From positions 32,001 through 96,000 of the forward strand of contig JALGVJ010000002.1 of the NCBI GenBank assembly GCA_029838195.1: a stretch of DNA of 64,000 nt, given 5' to 3'. Below, in pieces: positions 30,259 through 42,100 of the stretch. The first letter of the stretch is position 1; each line of letters begins with the position of its first letter. The stretch is from Promethearchaeota archaeon. GTDB taxonomy: Archaea; Asgardarchaeota; Lokiarchaeia; Sigyniarchaeales; SOKP01. Under the pieces are notes generated by a model. It did no database searches and was not told where the DNA came from. It saw nothing but the letters and a program-made list of their open reading frames with translations. The translations under genes were made by a program, and so were the position numbers.

Positions 30259-31890
30259 TTATTGAAAATATTTTCGAATGAATTCTTTTCTAAAAGGTTC
30301 TGGGTTAGGTCCTTTATTCAGATAATAATCCTCATGCTTCTTGTAAAGCTTTACCATATCATCATAAAGTTGCCTATATTGAAGCCTTGGAGTTATTCTT
30401 TTTATAGTTCGCCCTTTTGAATGAGTATTTATTAATTCTCGCCAAGATATTTTTCCGTGAAAATGACGAGTATAAGAATAAATGCTTCTTAACGCAGCAC
30501 CTAACACGGCTGAATTGGTAATATCTAATTTATTTACATGGGCTCCAAAAATATCTGCGATGGTCTGAAGGATTTCATCATTAATCGAAGCGCCACCTGT
30601 AACCATGATCTCTTTAGGCGTTTCATTTATCCATTGGGAATGGAGTTTCATGGAAAGAAACTGCCCCTCGATTATCCCTCGCACATTTCCCTCCATATCG
30701 AATTTATCAAAACCAAAGCGCATTATCCGAGGATTTAATACTAAAGGAACTATCTCTGGTAAATAATATGGAAGCATGATTTTACCAAGATTTCCGGGAG
30801 GTGTGTTCATTAAAATCCTTGAAAACTCTTGCCAACTCAAGCCTAAAGAATTTTTCACGTATTCTCTCGTTAATGAGCCATTTTTATAGCAAATTAAACT
30901 CATGTAATCTCCTGTTGGAGCACTAAATACATGCCCTTCCCCCTTCAAGTCGAGTGAAAGTTCTTTTAAATAACTAAAATAAGTATCACTCGTCCCCAAA
31001 CTAATCGCAACCTTTCCTTTTTCAATCAATCCTACGCCAATCAAACTATTTGGGTTATCTCCGCTCCATGCTACTATATATGTATCGGGATTAAAACCAT
31101 ATCGTTTAACAAAATAAGGTGAAATCTTTCCAATGATTTTATGGGAGGCACATAATTTAGGAAGCTTTTTCTTTAAACCCGGCGCTGTTGCATTAAGTGC
31201 TCTGACATCCCATTTTTTTGATTGGATATTCATTAAATTCATCCCCGCTCCATCGCCATGATCAATAGGGGCATTTTTTCCAAGAAGGAGTGATGATAAA
31301 AAAGAACTCACGAGATGAATTATCGCTGTTCGACCATATTTTTCCGGCTGTTTTTGATAAAATTTCCTAATTTGAGGGCCTGAGAATCGTTCAAACGTGT
31401 CCGAGCCCGTAATTTTTATGGTTGCCTCTTTTCCTCCCAAGGCTTTCCGAATTTCCTCACATTGTTCAGTGGTGCTTGAATCCATCCAAATGGGACTCGT
31501 GTTTCGTGAAAATACGTGTTCAAGTTGAAAAGCGAGTGAAAGCTTGGGGTTCAAATTTTTTAATCTTTTCTCAAACGTGCTGTTTAAGTAAACTTGTCCA
31601 TGTTGCTGTGCAGAACCGCTTATTGCTTTAATTTGCTCTATTTCGACTCCTCTTTTCAACATGTAATCAAACATGGTTTCTAAAGCTTCTATCCAAATCA
31701 AGGGAGGAGAATGAACGGTTTTTTCATCCAGAAGTAAAACGCCATTTTTAGTGTTATAGTGAGGAAATGTGGTTTCAAAATCGAGATCATGAAAAAATTT
31801 TACGCCACTCGTGTTTTTTTCGATTATAATGGCAGTCAATCCCTGCGTAGAGCAATCTAACCCTAAAAATAGTTCATTCATCCTTCCCAC
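30259..31890 (-). CDS. xylB: Xylulokinase (FGGY family, eukaryote-XYLB-like)
   Basis: GLDCSTQ, SGSAQQHG, WMDSST, ERFSGPQI, GMNL, GDNPNSL, SLGTSDT and GGAS.N. Confidence 0.85.
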   Translation of the reverse strand: MGRMNELFLGLDCSTQGLTAIIIEKNTSGVKFFHDLDFETTFPHYNTKNGVLLLDEKTVHSPPLIWIEALETMFDYMLKRGVEIEQIKAISGSAQQHGQVYLNSTFEKRLKNLNPKLSLAFQLEHVFSRNTSPIWMDSSTTEQCEEIRKALGGKEATIKITGSDTFERFSGPQIRKFYQKQPEKYGRTAIIHLVSSFLSSLLLGKNAPIDHGDGAGMNLMNIQSKKWDVRALNATAPGLKKKLPKLCASHKIIGKISPYFVKRYGFNPDTYIVAWSGDNPNSLIGVGLIEKGKVAISLGTSDTYFSYLKELSLDLKGEGHVFSAPTGDYMSLICYKNGSLTREYVKNSLGLSWQEFSRILMNTPPGNLGKIMLPYYLPEIVPLVLNPRIMRFGFDKFDMEGNVRGIIEGQFLSMKLHSQWINETPKEIMVTGGASINDEILQTIADIFGAHVNKLDITNSAVLGAALRSIYSYTRHFHGKISWRELINTHSKGRTIKRITPRLQYRQLYDDMVKLYKKHEDYYLNKGPNPEPFRKEFIRKYFQ

Positions 31891-32181
31891 TTTTGTAAAA
31901 TGATCAACATTTATTACATTTTCATTACAAAACTTTAAATATTTACATTTATACTATTAACATTTTTCGAAAAAAATACTAAACTCTGAAATTTTTTTAA
32001 TTATTTTCTACAAATTTAGAGAAATTTTTTTTAATTATTTTTTATTTTTTATTATAAAAAACAAATAGTATTTAGAAAACTATCACCTAATAACATAACT
32101 CTTCGCTAAATTAATGATCACGCAAGTGATTTTAATATTTTATCATTAGAAATAATTAATAAAATTTGGGAGTTTAATAAA

Positions 32182-32601
32182 ATGGACGTAATAGATCTCA
32201 AAATTTTAGAAGAATTAAAAGATAATAGTCGAGTTTCATTCAATGAAATTTCTCAGCGTGTAGGGAAAACAGAGGCAACGGTGCGACGACGCGTGAAGCG
32301 TTTAATAGATGAAGGAATAATAAAAAGATTTACAATTGAATATTCGGTTAATAGTAAACCAAAAACAAGAGCTACCGTAAAAATAGAACCTGATTTTAAA
32401 GAAATAAAAAGAATATTGAGTGAATTGAAGCAAATTGAAGAAATCACGGATATTTGGAGGCTTTCAGGGGATTGTGGTCTATTCTTGCGAGTGGAAATAC
32501 CGAGTATCGAGGATTTTAATCCATTGATTGAAGAAAAAATTTCGCCCATTAGGGGCATTAAAATCGTAGAGACGTGTTTTATCACGGATGTAATCAAATA
32601 A
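32182..32601 (+). CDS. Lrp/AsnC family regulator
   Basis: DLKILEEL..NSR.SF..I..TVRRRVKRL..EGII helix-turn-helix plus a RAM domain. Confidence 0.92.
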   Translation: MDVIDLKILEELKDNSRVSFNEISQRVGKTEATVRRRVKRLIDEGIIKRFTIEYSVNSKPKTRATVKIEPDFKEIKRILSELKQIEEITDIWRLSGDCGLFLRVEIPSIEDFNPLIEEKISPIRGIKIVETCFITDVIK

Positions 32602-32791
32602 TGCTGGAAACTTTCCTTTACTTTAGCATGTATGTGAATGCGCGAATTAATAGTATGATGTCCTTCAATTCACGCGTTTAATAAAAAATTTTTATTATTC
32701 CTTCTTTTCTCATGGGGTTTAATAATGTACTTTATTTAAGTTGAAGTACTTTAATAATTATCTCTGAATGAATTCTATATAATCTTCTAAG

Positions 32792-34132
32792 ATGAGTTAT
32801 AAATTCAGTAAGGAAGAGCTGGAAAAGCTATTAGTAGATTATAATAAGATTGCGTTAAAAGATCATGATCTTCCCTCCAGAGTTTATATATGGGATGAAA
32901 CCTTGAGAGATGGGGAGCAAAGCCCTACGGTTTATCTTACTTTAGAAGAAAAGATAGATCTTGCTAAACGAATGGATGAAATTGGGGTAACATTAATAGC
33001 AGTAGGGTTTCCAGCTGTTTCTGAAATGGAAAAAAAGATCGTCAAGACCATCGTTAATGAAGATTGTAAAAGAGCCACTATTTTGGGAGTGGCTCGTCCG
33101 AAAAAAGAAGACATTGATGCTTGTATTGATGCCGACCTCAAAGAAATCGTCATTTTCATGCCGATTTCCCCTATTTTTATGAAAACGCTCAAATTAACTG
33201 AGGATGATGAGCTCCGCCAAATACGAGGAGCCATTTATTATGCTAAAGATAATGGATTTAAAGTTAATTGGGTTTCTGAAGATGGAACCCGAGCCGAATT
33301 TGAGCACCTAAAAAATGTATTTCAGACGGCAATTGATGCCGGAGCGGAGCGCATTGTATTAGGGGATACCGTAGGCGTGCTTACTCCTGTTTCGACCTCT
33401 TATTTAATACGGCGAATTAAGAAGGAAGTATTAGAACCCATAAATAAGAACATTCCTATGGGCATTCACACGCATAATGATTTCGGACTAGCCGTTGCTA
33501 ATACAATTACCGGAGTTTTTGAAGGCTGCCTTTATCCTCATACGTGTATAAACGGATACGGAGAACGAGCCGGTAATGCAGCATTAGAAGAAGTAGCTAC
33601 TATCTTAGAACGCATGGAAATAGATACCGGAATAAACTTAAAAAAATTACCTGAACTTAGCGAGACGTGTGAGCGCTATTTTTGTCAGCCCATTTCTCAA
33701 TATAAACCTATTGTAGGAGATAATGCTTTTTCACATGAAAGTGGTCTACACATCGCAGCAATATTAGCACATCCTCTCACATATGAACCGATTAATCCTC
33801 ACATGGTTGGGAGGCGAAGGAAATTTTATTTGGGTAAATTTTCAGGCTCTAAATCTATCTTACATGCTATCAAAAATAAAATAAAAGTATTAGATCTGGA
33901 TCTTCCTGAAGATGTCATTAAGAAAATAGTGAACGAGGTAAAAATGAAACATGAATCCACATCGAAAGAGGAGTTAAGAAAATCCTTTAAAATCATTAAA
34001 AATGAATTAAAAAAGATAACAAAAGGAGTTAGTGATAAAGATTTTTTTGAAATTACTTATAAACATGCTGAACCATATTTACCAGAAGAATTCAAGAAGA
34101 AAAAAGAAGAGATTAGTGAGGTTGAAGAATAA
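32792..34132 (+). CDS. 2-isopropylmalate/homocitrate/citramalate synthase family enzyme
   Basis: DETLRDGEQ, DTVG, HTHNDFGLA, GERAGNA and HESGLH. No LeuA regulatory domain is visible. Confidence 0.9.
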   Translation: MSYKFSKEELEKLLVDYNKIALKDHDLPSRVYIWDETLRDGEQSPTVYLTLEEKIDLAKRMDEIGVTLIAVGFPAVSEMEKKIVKTIVNEDCKRATILGVARPKKEDIDACIDADLKEIVIFMPISPIFMKTLKLTEDDELRQIRGAIYYAKDNGFKVNWVSEDGTRAEFEHLKNVFQTAIDAGAERIVLGDTVGVLTPVSTSYLIRRIKKEVLEPINKNIPMGIHTHNDFGLAVANTITGVFEGCLYPHTCINGYGERAGNAALEEVATILERMEIDTGINLKKLPELSETCERYFCQPISQYKPIVGDNAFSHESGLHIAAILAHPLTYEPINPHMVGRRRKFYLGKFSGSKSILHAIKNKIKVLDLDLPEDVIKKIVNEVKMKHESTSKEELRKSFKIIKNELKKITKGVSDKDFFEITYKHAEPYLPEEFKKKKEEISEVEE

Positions 34133-34140
34133 TTTTCATG

Positions 34141-35586
34141 CTATTTCCTTTCAAGTCGTTTTTCAATCTCTTTTATCTTCTTATGTAATTTTTTTAAATC
34201 TTCCTTGAGATCTTCCGATTGATCATTATAAGAATTCTCATCTAATTTTCCAGATTCAAATTTCTTTTTAATGAATTCTAAGAGATAGTGAATGGAGTTG
34301 ATTTTATTTTCTAAATTCTCTTTTTCCTTGCTCAATTCAGATTCACTCATCATTTCTAGTGTCGTTACTTCTGTGGGCTTAGAAGATTCCATACCCGCTC
34401 TTCCTTTTTCAATTTTTCCCTTCTCTCTTGATTTATTAATATCCCTTAAAATTTCTTCTTCTGAGGGAGGAGATTTTTCAGATAAATCTGATACAATGGA
34501 TTGAATTATATTTTCTTGAGTTAATGTAGTATCTTTATATGTGGGGCCCAATTCTATTTCTTCGGGAGGAATTTCTTGAGCTTTTATTTCTTTCGGAGGA
34601 ATGTATGTTTTAGCTTCTTTTAATTCCGCAATTTCTTTTTCACTTGCAGAAGCTATTTTTATCAATTGATTGATCGTTTTTTGAATGGTGTTAATTTGGC
34701 TCGAAAAAGTTTTTAATAAATTCATTAGGTCACTTTTATTCGAAATTTTAATATCAATAGCCACGCGTGGTTCTGAAATCTTTTCTGCAGCTTCTTGACC
34801 TTGGATGGAACTTGAAGACTCTGAAATGAATTCTTGTACAGCAACTTCGGGAGTAGGTATCAATCCTTTAGATTTTAATTCTAATCGAAAATCTGAAAGT
34901 AGCCACTTGAAAATGTTTAAAGCTAAGGTAGAATGTTGATCGTGATTAAATCCTCCCCCAATTTCATTTCGAAACATTTCATAACTTCCTATTGCGCATA
35001 CTTTCCCATTTTCCGGTTCCGCCACGCATATTAAAGGAGAACTGAAGGGCTCAGAAGATTCATTAGAATATGCGATGGAAAGAGCATTCCCAATAATGGT
35101 TAAGGAGCATCCTGCTCTATAACAAAGCGATGTAATACCTTCTGTTATAGGATGGGGAGGCCGAAAATCATGTATGATTGGTAAATTCTCAAATCCTAAA
35201 TTACTAATTTCATCTAAAACTTGATCATTTTCAAATGCAATGCCGAAACGTTCACTTAATTCCGATAAATTACTGTTGCGTCCTTTATCTCCTCCTGCGT
35301 GCGATAAAAGTAATAATCCACCCCCATCTTCTAAGACCCATCGTTCAATATAACTTATTTCTTGGCGGGATAATTTTGAAAAATCAGGACATCCTATTAC
35401 TAGAATATCAAATGAGCGCAAATTTTCATGTGTCATGGGGTCAGTAAAATTATAACAGACAAATCCATTTTCATTTAAAAAATCTCTTACATGAGAGTAA
35501 TTCTCGTTTATTTTTACCCTATTTTTATGAGTAGCATCAAAAGCCACGTGGATCTTGTCAATTTCTTCTTTTTCTAACATGATCAA
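34141..35586 (-). CDS. GIFT/IFT52-like (GATase-fold) domain protein with a C-terminal coiled coil
   Basis: FDATHK..DILVIGCP..EI..I..WV..GGGLLL..FGIAF.ND.V..HPITEGI, followed by an acidic linker and coiled coils. Confidence 0.6.
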   Translation of the reverse strand: MIMLEKEEIDKIHVAFDATHKNRVKINENYSHVRDFLNENGFVCYNFTDPMTHENLRSFDILVIGCPDFSKLSRQEISYIERWVLEDGGGLLLLSHAGGDKGRNSNLSELSERFGIAFENDQVLDEISNLGFENLPIIHDFRPPHPITEGITSLCYRAGCSLTIIGNALSIAYSNESSEPFSSPLICVAEPENGKVCAIGSYEMFRNEIGGGFNHDQHSTLALNIFKWLLSDFRLELKSKGLIPTPEVAVQEFISESSSSIQGQEAAEKISEPRVAIDIKISNKSDLMNLLKTFSSQINTIQKTINQLIKIASASEKEIAELKEAKTYIPPKEIKAQEIPPEEIELGPTYKDTTLTQENIIQSIVSDLSEKSPPSEEEILRDINKSREKGKIEKGRAGMESSKPTEVTTLEMMSESELSKEKENLENKINSIHYLLEFIKKKFESGKLDENSYNDQSEDLKEDLKKLHKKIKEIEKRLERK

Positions 35587-35725
35587 GCTGTAAAAATGAT
35601 TAATTAGATGAATTGGAATAATAATATTTTTTCCGTTAAATCTATAATACGATTAATATTTATTATTTCTTTCAATTTATTTTTCATCACTTAAAAAAAG
35701 AAAATAAAAGAGTGCAATGAAATCA

Positions 35726-36823
35726 TTAATATTGACTTTTATCTCCAATTATTAGGTAATTTTTTGAAATATTTTCGATTTTTACATTGCTTCCTATTAT
35801 GGAGTTTTCGGAAATCATGTTTTTTATGAGTGAATTCCTCTCAATTAAGCAATCACTTAATATAGAATTCATGATAATCGTGTTTTCCCCGACTGATACG
35901 TAAGGACCGATCACCGAATTGATAATTTTTGCATTTTTCCCTATATAAACGGGATTTTTTAAAAAGGATCTCTCGACGGTAATGTTCAATCGTTCAAAAT
36001 CTTCTTTTTTACTAGCCACATGTTCCAATAAATATCGATTTCCTTTTAATAACTCGGAAGGTCTTCCAAAATCTAATATGCCTTGCTTTAAAACTACTGC
36101 AGCTATCTTGAATCCTTGCTTCACAAGATCTTGTAAGCTTTCTGTCATGTAGATCTCTCCAGATTCCTCATTTCGTTGATCTAAATATTTTTTTAAGCTA
36201 TTAAAAAGTGCTTTCATGGCTGTATGAGAAAAAGCATAAATTCCCGCTATTGCTAAATCGGAAATAAATTCCTTTGGTTTCTCTACTAGCCTTGTTATTA
36301 ATCCTTCCTCATCGGTTTCCACTATCCCATATGAACTCGCACTTTCTCTCGGAACTTTCATTACCGTTATAATACCATCTACTTCAGAACTATAATATTT
36401 ATACATGATATAAGAATATTCATCTAATGGAATCATATCGCCTAAAAATATGAGAGCTCCTTGTCTTTTATCTTCTTCTCCATTTACCGGAGTTTTCTCA
36501 TTAAATCTCTCATGGGCTAAATAGATAGCTTCTCCTAAGCCCCAATAATAGGGAATATCCTCTTTATAGCCTCTTGGAACTTGTTCAATAAATGTGAGTT
36601 TAAATTTATCTTTGTAATATTCTTTCACGTAATCCATTATCTGCCTTTTCTTATATCCCACGATTAAGATTAATTCTGTTCCGAAATCGAAGGTATTAAT
36701 AAATTTATCAAGTATGTGGTCTAAAACAGTTTTACCGGCCACTGTTATGAAAGCTTTCGGCTTGCTTAACGTAAAGGGGCGCAAGCGGGAGCCAATTCCG
36801 GCAATAGGCCCGATAATTTTCAT
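35726..36823 (-). CDS. Sugar-phosphate nucleotidyltransferase (glucose-1-phosphate thymidylyltransferase-like, long form)
   Basis: AGIGSRLRP.T..KPK, VEKP and C-terminal hexapeptide repeats. Confidence 0.9.
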   Translation of the reverse strand: MKIIGPIAGIGSRLRPFTLSKPKAFITVAGKTVLDHILDKFINTFDFGTELILIVGYKKRQIMDYVKEYYKDKFKLTFIEQVPRGYKEDIPYYWGLGEAIYLAHERFNEKTPVNGEEDKRQGALIFLGDMIPLDEYSYIMYKYYSSEVDGIITVMKVPRESASSYGIVETDEEGLITRLVEKPKEFISDLAIAGIYAFSHTAMKALFNSLKKYLDQRNEESGEIYMTESLQDLVKQGFKIAAVVLKQGILDFGRPSELLKGNRYLLEHVASKKEDFERLNITVERSFLKNPVYIGKNAKIINSVIGPYVSVGENTIIMNSILSDCLIERNSLIKNMISENSIIGSNVKIENISKNYLIIGDKSQY

Positions 36824-36880
36824 GATGAGATAATTTTTGTTAATTTGTATTTAATTTTGTTATAAATAATAATCTTGATT

Positions 36881-37657
36881 TTAATAAAATCTTGACTTGT
36901 CTGAATCAAATACTCTCTGTAAATAACCGAATATTAAATCTAAACCATGCTCTTCTTTTATGGAGCAAGGAGTCAATTCAGCAGTGGATCCTAATTGAAT
37001 GAATACCTCAGATAATAGCATGGAAAGCTCTCGAATCAAGCCTTTTTCTCTTTCACTAGTATGTTCTTCTAAAGCTTTAAAATCCGTGCTCCAATTCACG
37101 ATCATGTCAATCTGATCCTCATCTAATAAATCCATCTTCGAAAGTGCGTTTATTTGGGGGATTTTCTGAAATCTAAATTGAACAGAAGCCGCTAATAAAA
37201 GTGTTGATATGAATCCATTAGGTCTTAAAACTAAATTAGAATCAAAAAGAAAGGTAATGGACCTCTGAATTCCATTTATCCCTAAAGAGCTGGCGATTAA
37301 GGGCCCCGTATCCCTAAAAGCAAATAATTCTAATTGCCCTGCTGTATCGACTAAAATCCAATCCGCATTAAATTCATCCAATTCATCTTTAAGATCATCT
37401 AAATAATTCACCATTAAATCTGATGCAAGAATCATGGCTCCATTCGGACCCAATCCATATGTCTCCATCACTTCTCTTAATAAAATATATTCTCTAATAT
37501 CTATATCGGGCACGTAAGGAAGAACTTCAGCTCCAGGATCTAAATTTACGGTTATTGCTGAAATCTCGGGATCTCTATTCATCAAGTAATCCTTTAATGC
37601 GCCTGTTAAGGTACTTTTACCAGAACCCGCCGTCCCAATAAAATAATTGAGTAACAT
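36881..37657 (-). CDS. GPN-loop GTPase
   Basis: GTAGSGKS, NLDPG, GLGPNGA, DTAGQLE and SKMD. Confidence 0.93.
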   Translation of the reverse strand: MLLNYFIGTAGSGKSTLTGALKDYLMNRDPEISAITVNLDPGAEVLPYVPDIDIREYILLREVMETYGLGPNGAMILASDLMVNYLDDLKDELDEFNADWILVDTAGQLELFAFRDTGPLIASSLGINGIQRSITFLFDSNLVLRPNGFISTLLLAASVQFRFQKIPQINALSKMDLLDEDQIDMIVNWSTDFKALEEHTSEREKGLIRELSMLLSEVFIQLGSTAELTPCSIKEEHGLDLIFGYLQRVFDSDKSRFY

Positions 37658-37920
37658 AATGAATACCTCACTCCTTTATTCTTACAATCTAAGATGGATT
37701 TATATTAAATCTAATATAGAACATAACGTCTCATGCCATTTAATTGTTCTTATACCCTCCATGATTTAAATAAAGGTGATTATTAATTTAAAATTCTAAA
37801 ATTGCCTCATCTTTTTTCATCTTTTAAAAAGCATTACAAGAAACATCTTTATTTCATGTTTATTATTAAACCATTTCTTTTCAGAAAAAGGGAGGAATAT
37901 CTTCTAAATAAAATTCTTGT

Positions 37921-38316
37921 TTAGTTCTTTCGTATTGTGCGCAATTCGGATAAATAATATATCGGTTTTTTTATAACATTTTTAAAATATTCTATTTCTT
38001 CTCTGGATTCCTTACCGATATACCCATCCACATCCAGCACTAAAATTGCTTCTTGTAAATGTAATTTTTTTAGAGCAATTTTTTGCAATGCATCCCATTC
38101 CTCTTTCGAAAATTTTGTTTTGTTCAAGAGACCATCAATTGAGCAGAGAGATATCAATTTATCATGGAAAATTTGCAAGATTGACTCAATTTCGATAAAA
38201 TAATCTCTTGCTTTCGAAACCGAACCAACTAAATATATTTTTTCTTCCTTTATTTTAGAAAAGTCGTAGTTTTCGTATTTTTTTAGAAAACTTTTATTTA
38301 ATCTTCTCTCATTCAT
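37921..38316 (-). CDS. Hypothetical protein (nucleoside deoxyribosyltransferase-like fold possible)
   Basis: IYLVGS...AILVLDVDGYIGKES..EIEY...KPIYY. Confidence 0.55.
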   Translation of the reverse strand: MNERRLNKSFLKKYENYDFSKIKEEKIYLVGSVSKARDYFIEIESILQIFHDKLISLCSIDGLLNKTKFSKEEWDALQKIALKKLHLQEAILVLDVDGYIGKESREEIEYFKNVIKKPIYYLSELRTIRKN

Positions 38317-38352
38317 AATATTTAATAATATTCACTCGTATTTATTTCTGAA

Positions 38353-39153
38353 ATGAATATAAATCAAGTATATCAAAAAGACAATTTAGAACTTTTATCC
38401 GAAATTAAATCAGAGATAATTGATTTAATTTACATAGATCCTCCGTTTTATACTGGTGTTGATTACTCAGAATTCAATGATAAATGGGATTCAATGAATG
38501 CTTATCTCCAATTCATGGAAATTCGCATTCGTGAAATGCATCGTGTACTTAAGAAAACCGGAAGTTTCTATCTGCATTGTGATCGAAATGCCGTTTTCGA
38601 ATTGAAATTAACGTGTGATAGGATATTTGGAAAAGAAAATTTCAAAAATGACATCATCTGGAATGTAGGAAGCGTTTCGGGTTTTAAAAGTCAAGTAAAG
38701 GGCTGGGTGCGGCAACATGACATCATTCTTTATTACACGAAATCCGACCACTATACCTTTAATAAACAATATTTGCCCTATAATGAAAAATATGTAAAAA
38801 AAATGTTTAGATATAGAGATGAAAATGGGCGATTATATAGAAAAAGACGAGGAGGAAAGCAATATTTAGATGAAAATCCTGGAACTCCTCTTGGTGATGT
38901 GTGGAATGATATCTTTTCTTTCCAAACTGCCACTCGCGCTAAAGAATATGTAGGGTATCCCACGCAGAAGCCTCAAAAATTATTAGAACGGATCATCTTA
39001 GCCTCGTCTAATGAGAAGGATTTAATAGCTGATTTTTTCTGTGGATCAGGAACCACTCTAGTCGTAGCAAAGAAATTTAATAGAAATTTCATTGGATGTG
39101 ACGTGAATCCTAATGCTGTAGAACTTAGTAGAGTCAGATTAAAAGAGATATAA
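38353..39153 (+). CDS. DNA N6-A/N4-C methyltransferase (beta class), apparently orphan
   Basis: IYIDPPF precedes YPTQKP and DFFCGSGTT. Confidence 0.92.
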   Translation: MNINQVYQKDNLELLSEIKSEIIDLIYIDPPFYTGVDYSEFNDKWDSMNAYLQFMEIRIREMHRVLKKTGSFYLHCDRNAVFELKLTCDRIFGKENFKNDIIWNVGSVSGFKSQVKGWVRQHDIILYYTKSDHYTFNKQYLPYNEKYVKKMFRYRDENGRLYRKRRGGKQYLDENPGTPLGDVWNDIFSFQTATRAKEYVGYPTQKPQKLLERIILASSNEKDLIADFFCGSGTTLVVAKKFNRNFIGCDVNPNAVELSRVRLKEI

Positions 39154-39178
39154 TACTCGTTCTTAAATTAATTACATT

Positions 39179-42100
39179 TCATTCTTTTTTGGGAACTATT
39201 ATTCCCAAATTAATTAAGTTTTCCATGGCTTCAATAATTAAATCTTCATTTTTGTCTGCCATTAAATCAAAAATAATATCTAATTTGAAATCATCATGTT
39301 CTCTTAAATAGGATTCTATAACATGTAATACCCGATTTTCTAAGGACGATAATTCTCGTAATTCTTTAATCTTTTGAAATCGAGTTTTCTCATCAATAAG
39401 AACAAAATAATCCTTATAATAAAGTTCGAGTACTTCATTTAAAATATCTGGAATTCCCTCTTTAAAAGGAGTCATGTTACCATAGAATTCCTCTAATTCT
39501 TTACTAAAATGTATCGAAATTTTTTCTGCTAATTCGTATAATTTTTCTTTTAATCTTTCAGAACTCCTTTTGTTAAGAATTAAAATGGTTCGCAATCGTT
39601 GATAATCAAAAATTAACGTATAAAAATATTTAAAATCAATTTCCATGGTTTTACCTTTTTCCTCAGTTAATTTTTCCATTGTTTCTTGTTCTGTTATTGT
39701 TGTTCCTATTGTGATTATGGCTTGGATGAATCCTGATAATAATTGGGGATCAATATCTTTGAAAAAGGAATAAGCTTGGGAATAGAGAGGAATACCAGAC
39801 TCCTCATGCATGAAAAATATGGCTTGAATATTTCGAATATCCTTGAATTTCTGGGTTTTAGCTTTTAAAGCCAATACCTTTCTTTCTCTTCGTGGTTTGA
39901 TTACACGTGCTCTCAAGCCAATAATACCAAGGGAAGTTGTAGCTCCAATTGATACAGCTACCAAAATCCATAGCCAATAAGCTGGAACAGGTCTTTCTGA
40001 AATGAAGATCAAAATGGAATATTCCTTCGTTTGATAAATTTTGCTCTCTTTAAATATTATCAGCGTTAATTTATAATTACCAATAACATTTTCAGGAAGA
40101 TCCAAGTTTAAAATGTAAGTGCCATTTTTAAGGTTTTGAAATTGTCCCGTCCCATATTCCCATGAATAAGATATGTTTGCATCTTTAATTAAATTCTTTT
40201 TACTATCTGTTAGCAGGATGATAATGGTAATTGAATCGCCTTCGTATGCTTGAATCGAGTCTTGAAAATTAATCGCATTCACATTAAATTCTATTTGTTC
40301 CACCTCTAATTGAAACATGAAAGTAGTGGTTGAATAATCAGTTTTTTGAAATTCCACATGCAAGGCATTTATCCCAAGAGAAAAATTTTCTGATGTTATA
40401 GTCAACGAAATTTCGTACCAATTATCATCATCCGATTTTTCTAATTTTATTTCATGTTCTCCTAAGTGTAGAGTAAAAATAGCCCCTGATAAATATACTT
40501 TATCAATTTCTCCATAGGCACGGGCTCTTAATGTTAATTTATCATTATACCTTACTCCAATGACTTCATTTTCATTAATTTTCTCATCATCAACATGAAC
40601 AGTTAAACTCACATATTGGGGGTTAATGATTACAAAAATGTTAATAAATCCCGTTGCGAAACCAGGCTTATTTAATTCAATGAGACAAGAATGTTTCCCC
40701 ATCGCAAGTCCCGAAGTATTTAATTGAATTATGAAACCCTCTGAACGATTCTCAATACTAAATGTACTACTCCACGTGACAGAACAATTAGCTCCTTCTA
40801 TCAATTCGCTAGTAGCGGAAATCGAATAATTTGCCTTAACATTAACAATTTCATTTTTGTAAGAATTAAACAACGTATTATTCGAGTCAACATTAGTTTC
40901 AATGGGGTGAATAATTAATAAGATCGAATTAGCTGTAGTTCCAAAATCCGTCTTATTCGCATTAATGATAATGGTATAGGTTTTTATTACGCCTTCTTCG
41001 GGTAAATCATTAGTTGAAAAATTGAGAGTATACGTGCCATTATAATGATCTGTAATATTATAAAATTTTTGCCAATTTGTTGAAATATTCGCCGGATAAA
41101 GGGGAGCTCCATCCTTTACTCCCTTGAGATTTATTCTACAAATAGCAAATGAATTACTCGTGGCATTAATTGCTTCACTGGGTATTTCAATTATCATGCT
41201 TGGTTTAATTATTTTCAAATGAATGAGATGATTTCTTGTAATATTTTCAAAAAATGTTTTAGAAGCATTAAAAGAGAAATAATAATCGCCTAAATCTAAG
41301 GAACTCGTGTCTATATCTCCAAAATAAATACCATTTCCTAAATATGTCATAGTCCCAAAGGAACCGTAAGTAGAATTATAAGAAACTTCAGCATAAGTAA
41401 TACTTTCATTGAAATCAGTATCGGTTAGATTAACCTTTAGCAAAAGGGGCTCTCCAGCAGCTTGTTCAAAATAATCTTTTACCGCCGTCAAATTTACATG
41501 ATGCCATGCAATAAAACTCAACTCTTTATATCCTATTTTATTTCTATATAAATAAGACTGATTATTAGACCAGAATATTTTAACAATATATTTACCCACG
41601 GACATGTTATCGCCTACTATGAAATTTCCAATTTTCACGTTATAGTCCTCAGGTTCTTTCCAGTTGTCCATGAGTATCGTTCCGTTAGGATAATAAATTG
41701 TATAATTAACAATAGTATTAGCTAAAGGAAGCGAATCATCTAGCGTAATATTTATACGGAATTTATCTCCATGAGTCAATTTTGAAAGATCGAGAAATTG
41801 GGTCCCATTCCAAGTAGCTATATTTCCTTCTATTAAATAATTCCCGCTAATTGCCTCGAATTTCCATAAACCTTCTGATAATATTTCATTTGATATTTTT
41901 AATTTTGTTGATCCAAGATCAACACCCTCGCAATTCTGCCTTTGTTGTTCATAAAAACCATCCAGTATGGATGTAAAATTCCAGTCTGAAGGTTTTTCAA
42001 TTTCCGCCCAACTTTGATATCCCGTAGGAATAGTTATTGAAGCTTCTAAGTACCAATTAACTTGGGCTCCTACGGAATAATAACTTCCCTCTTTACCTGA

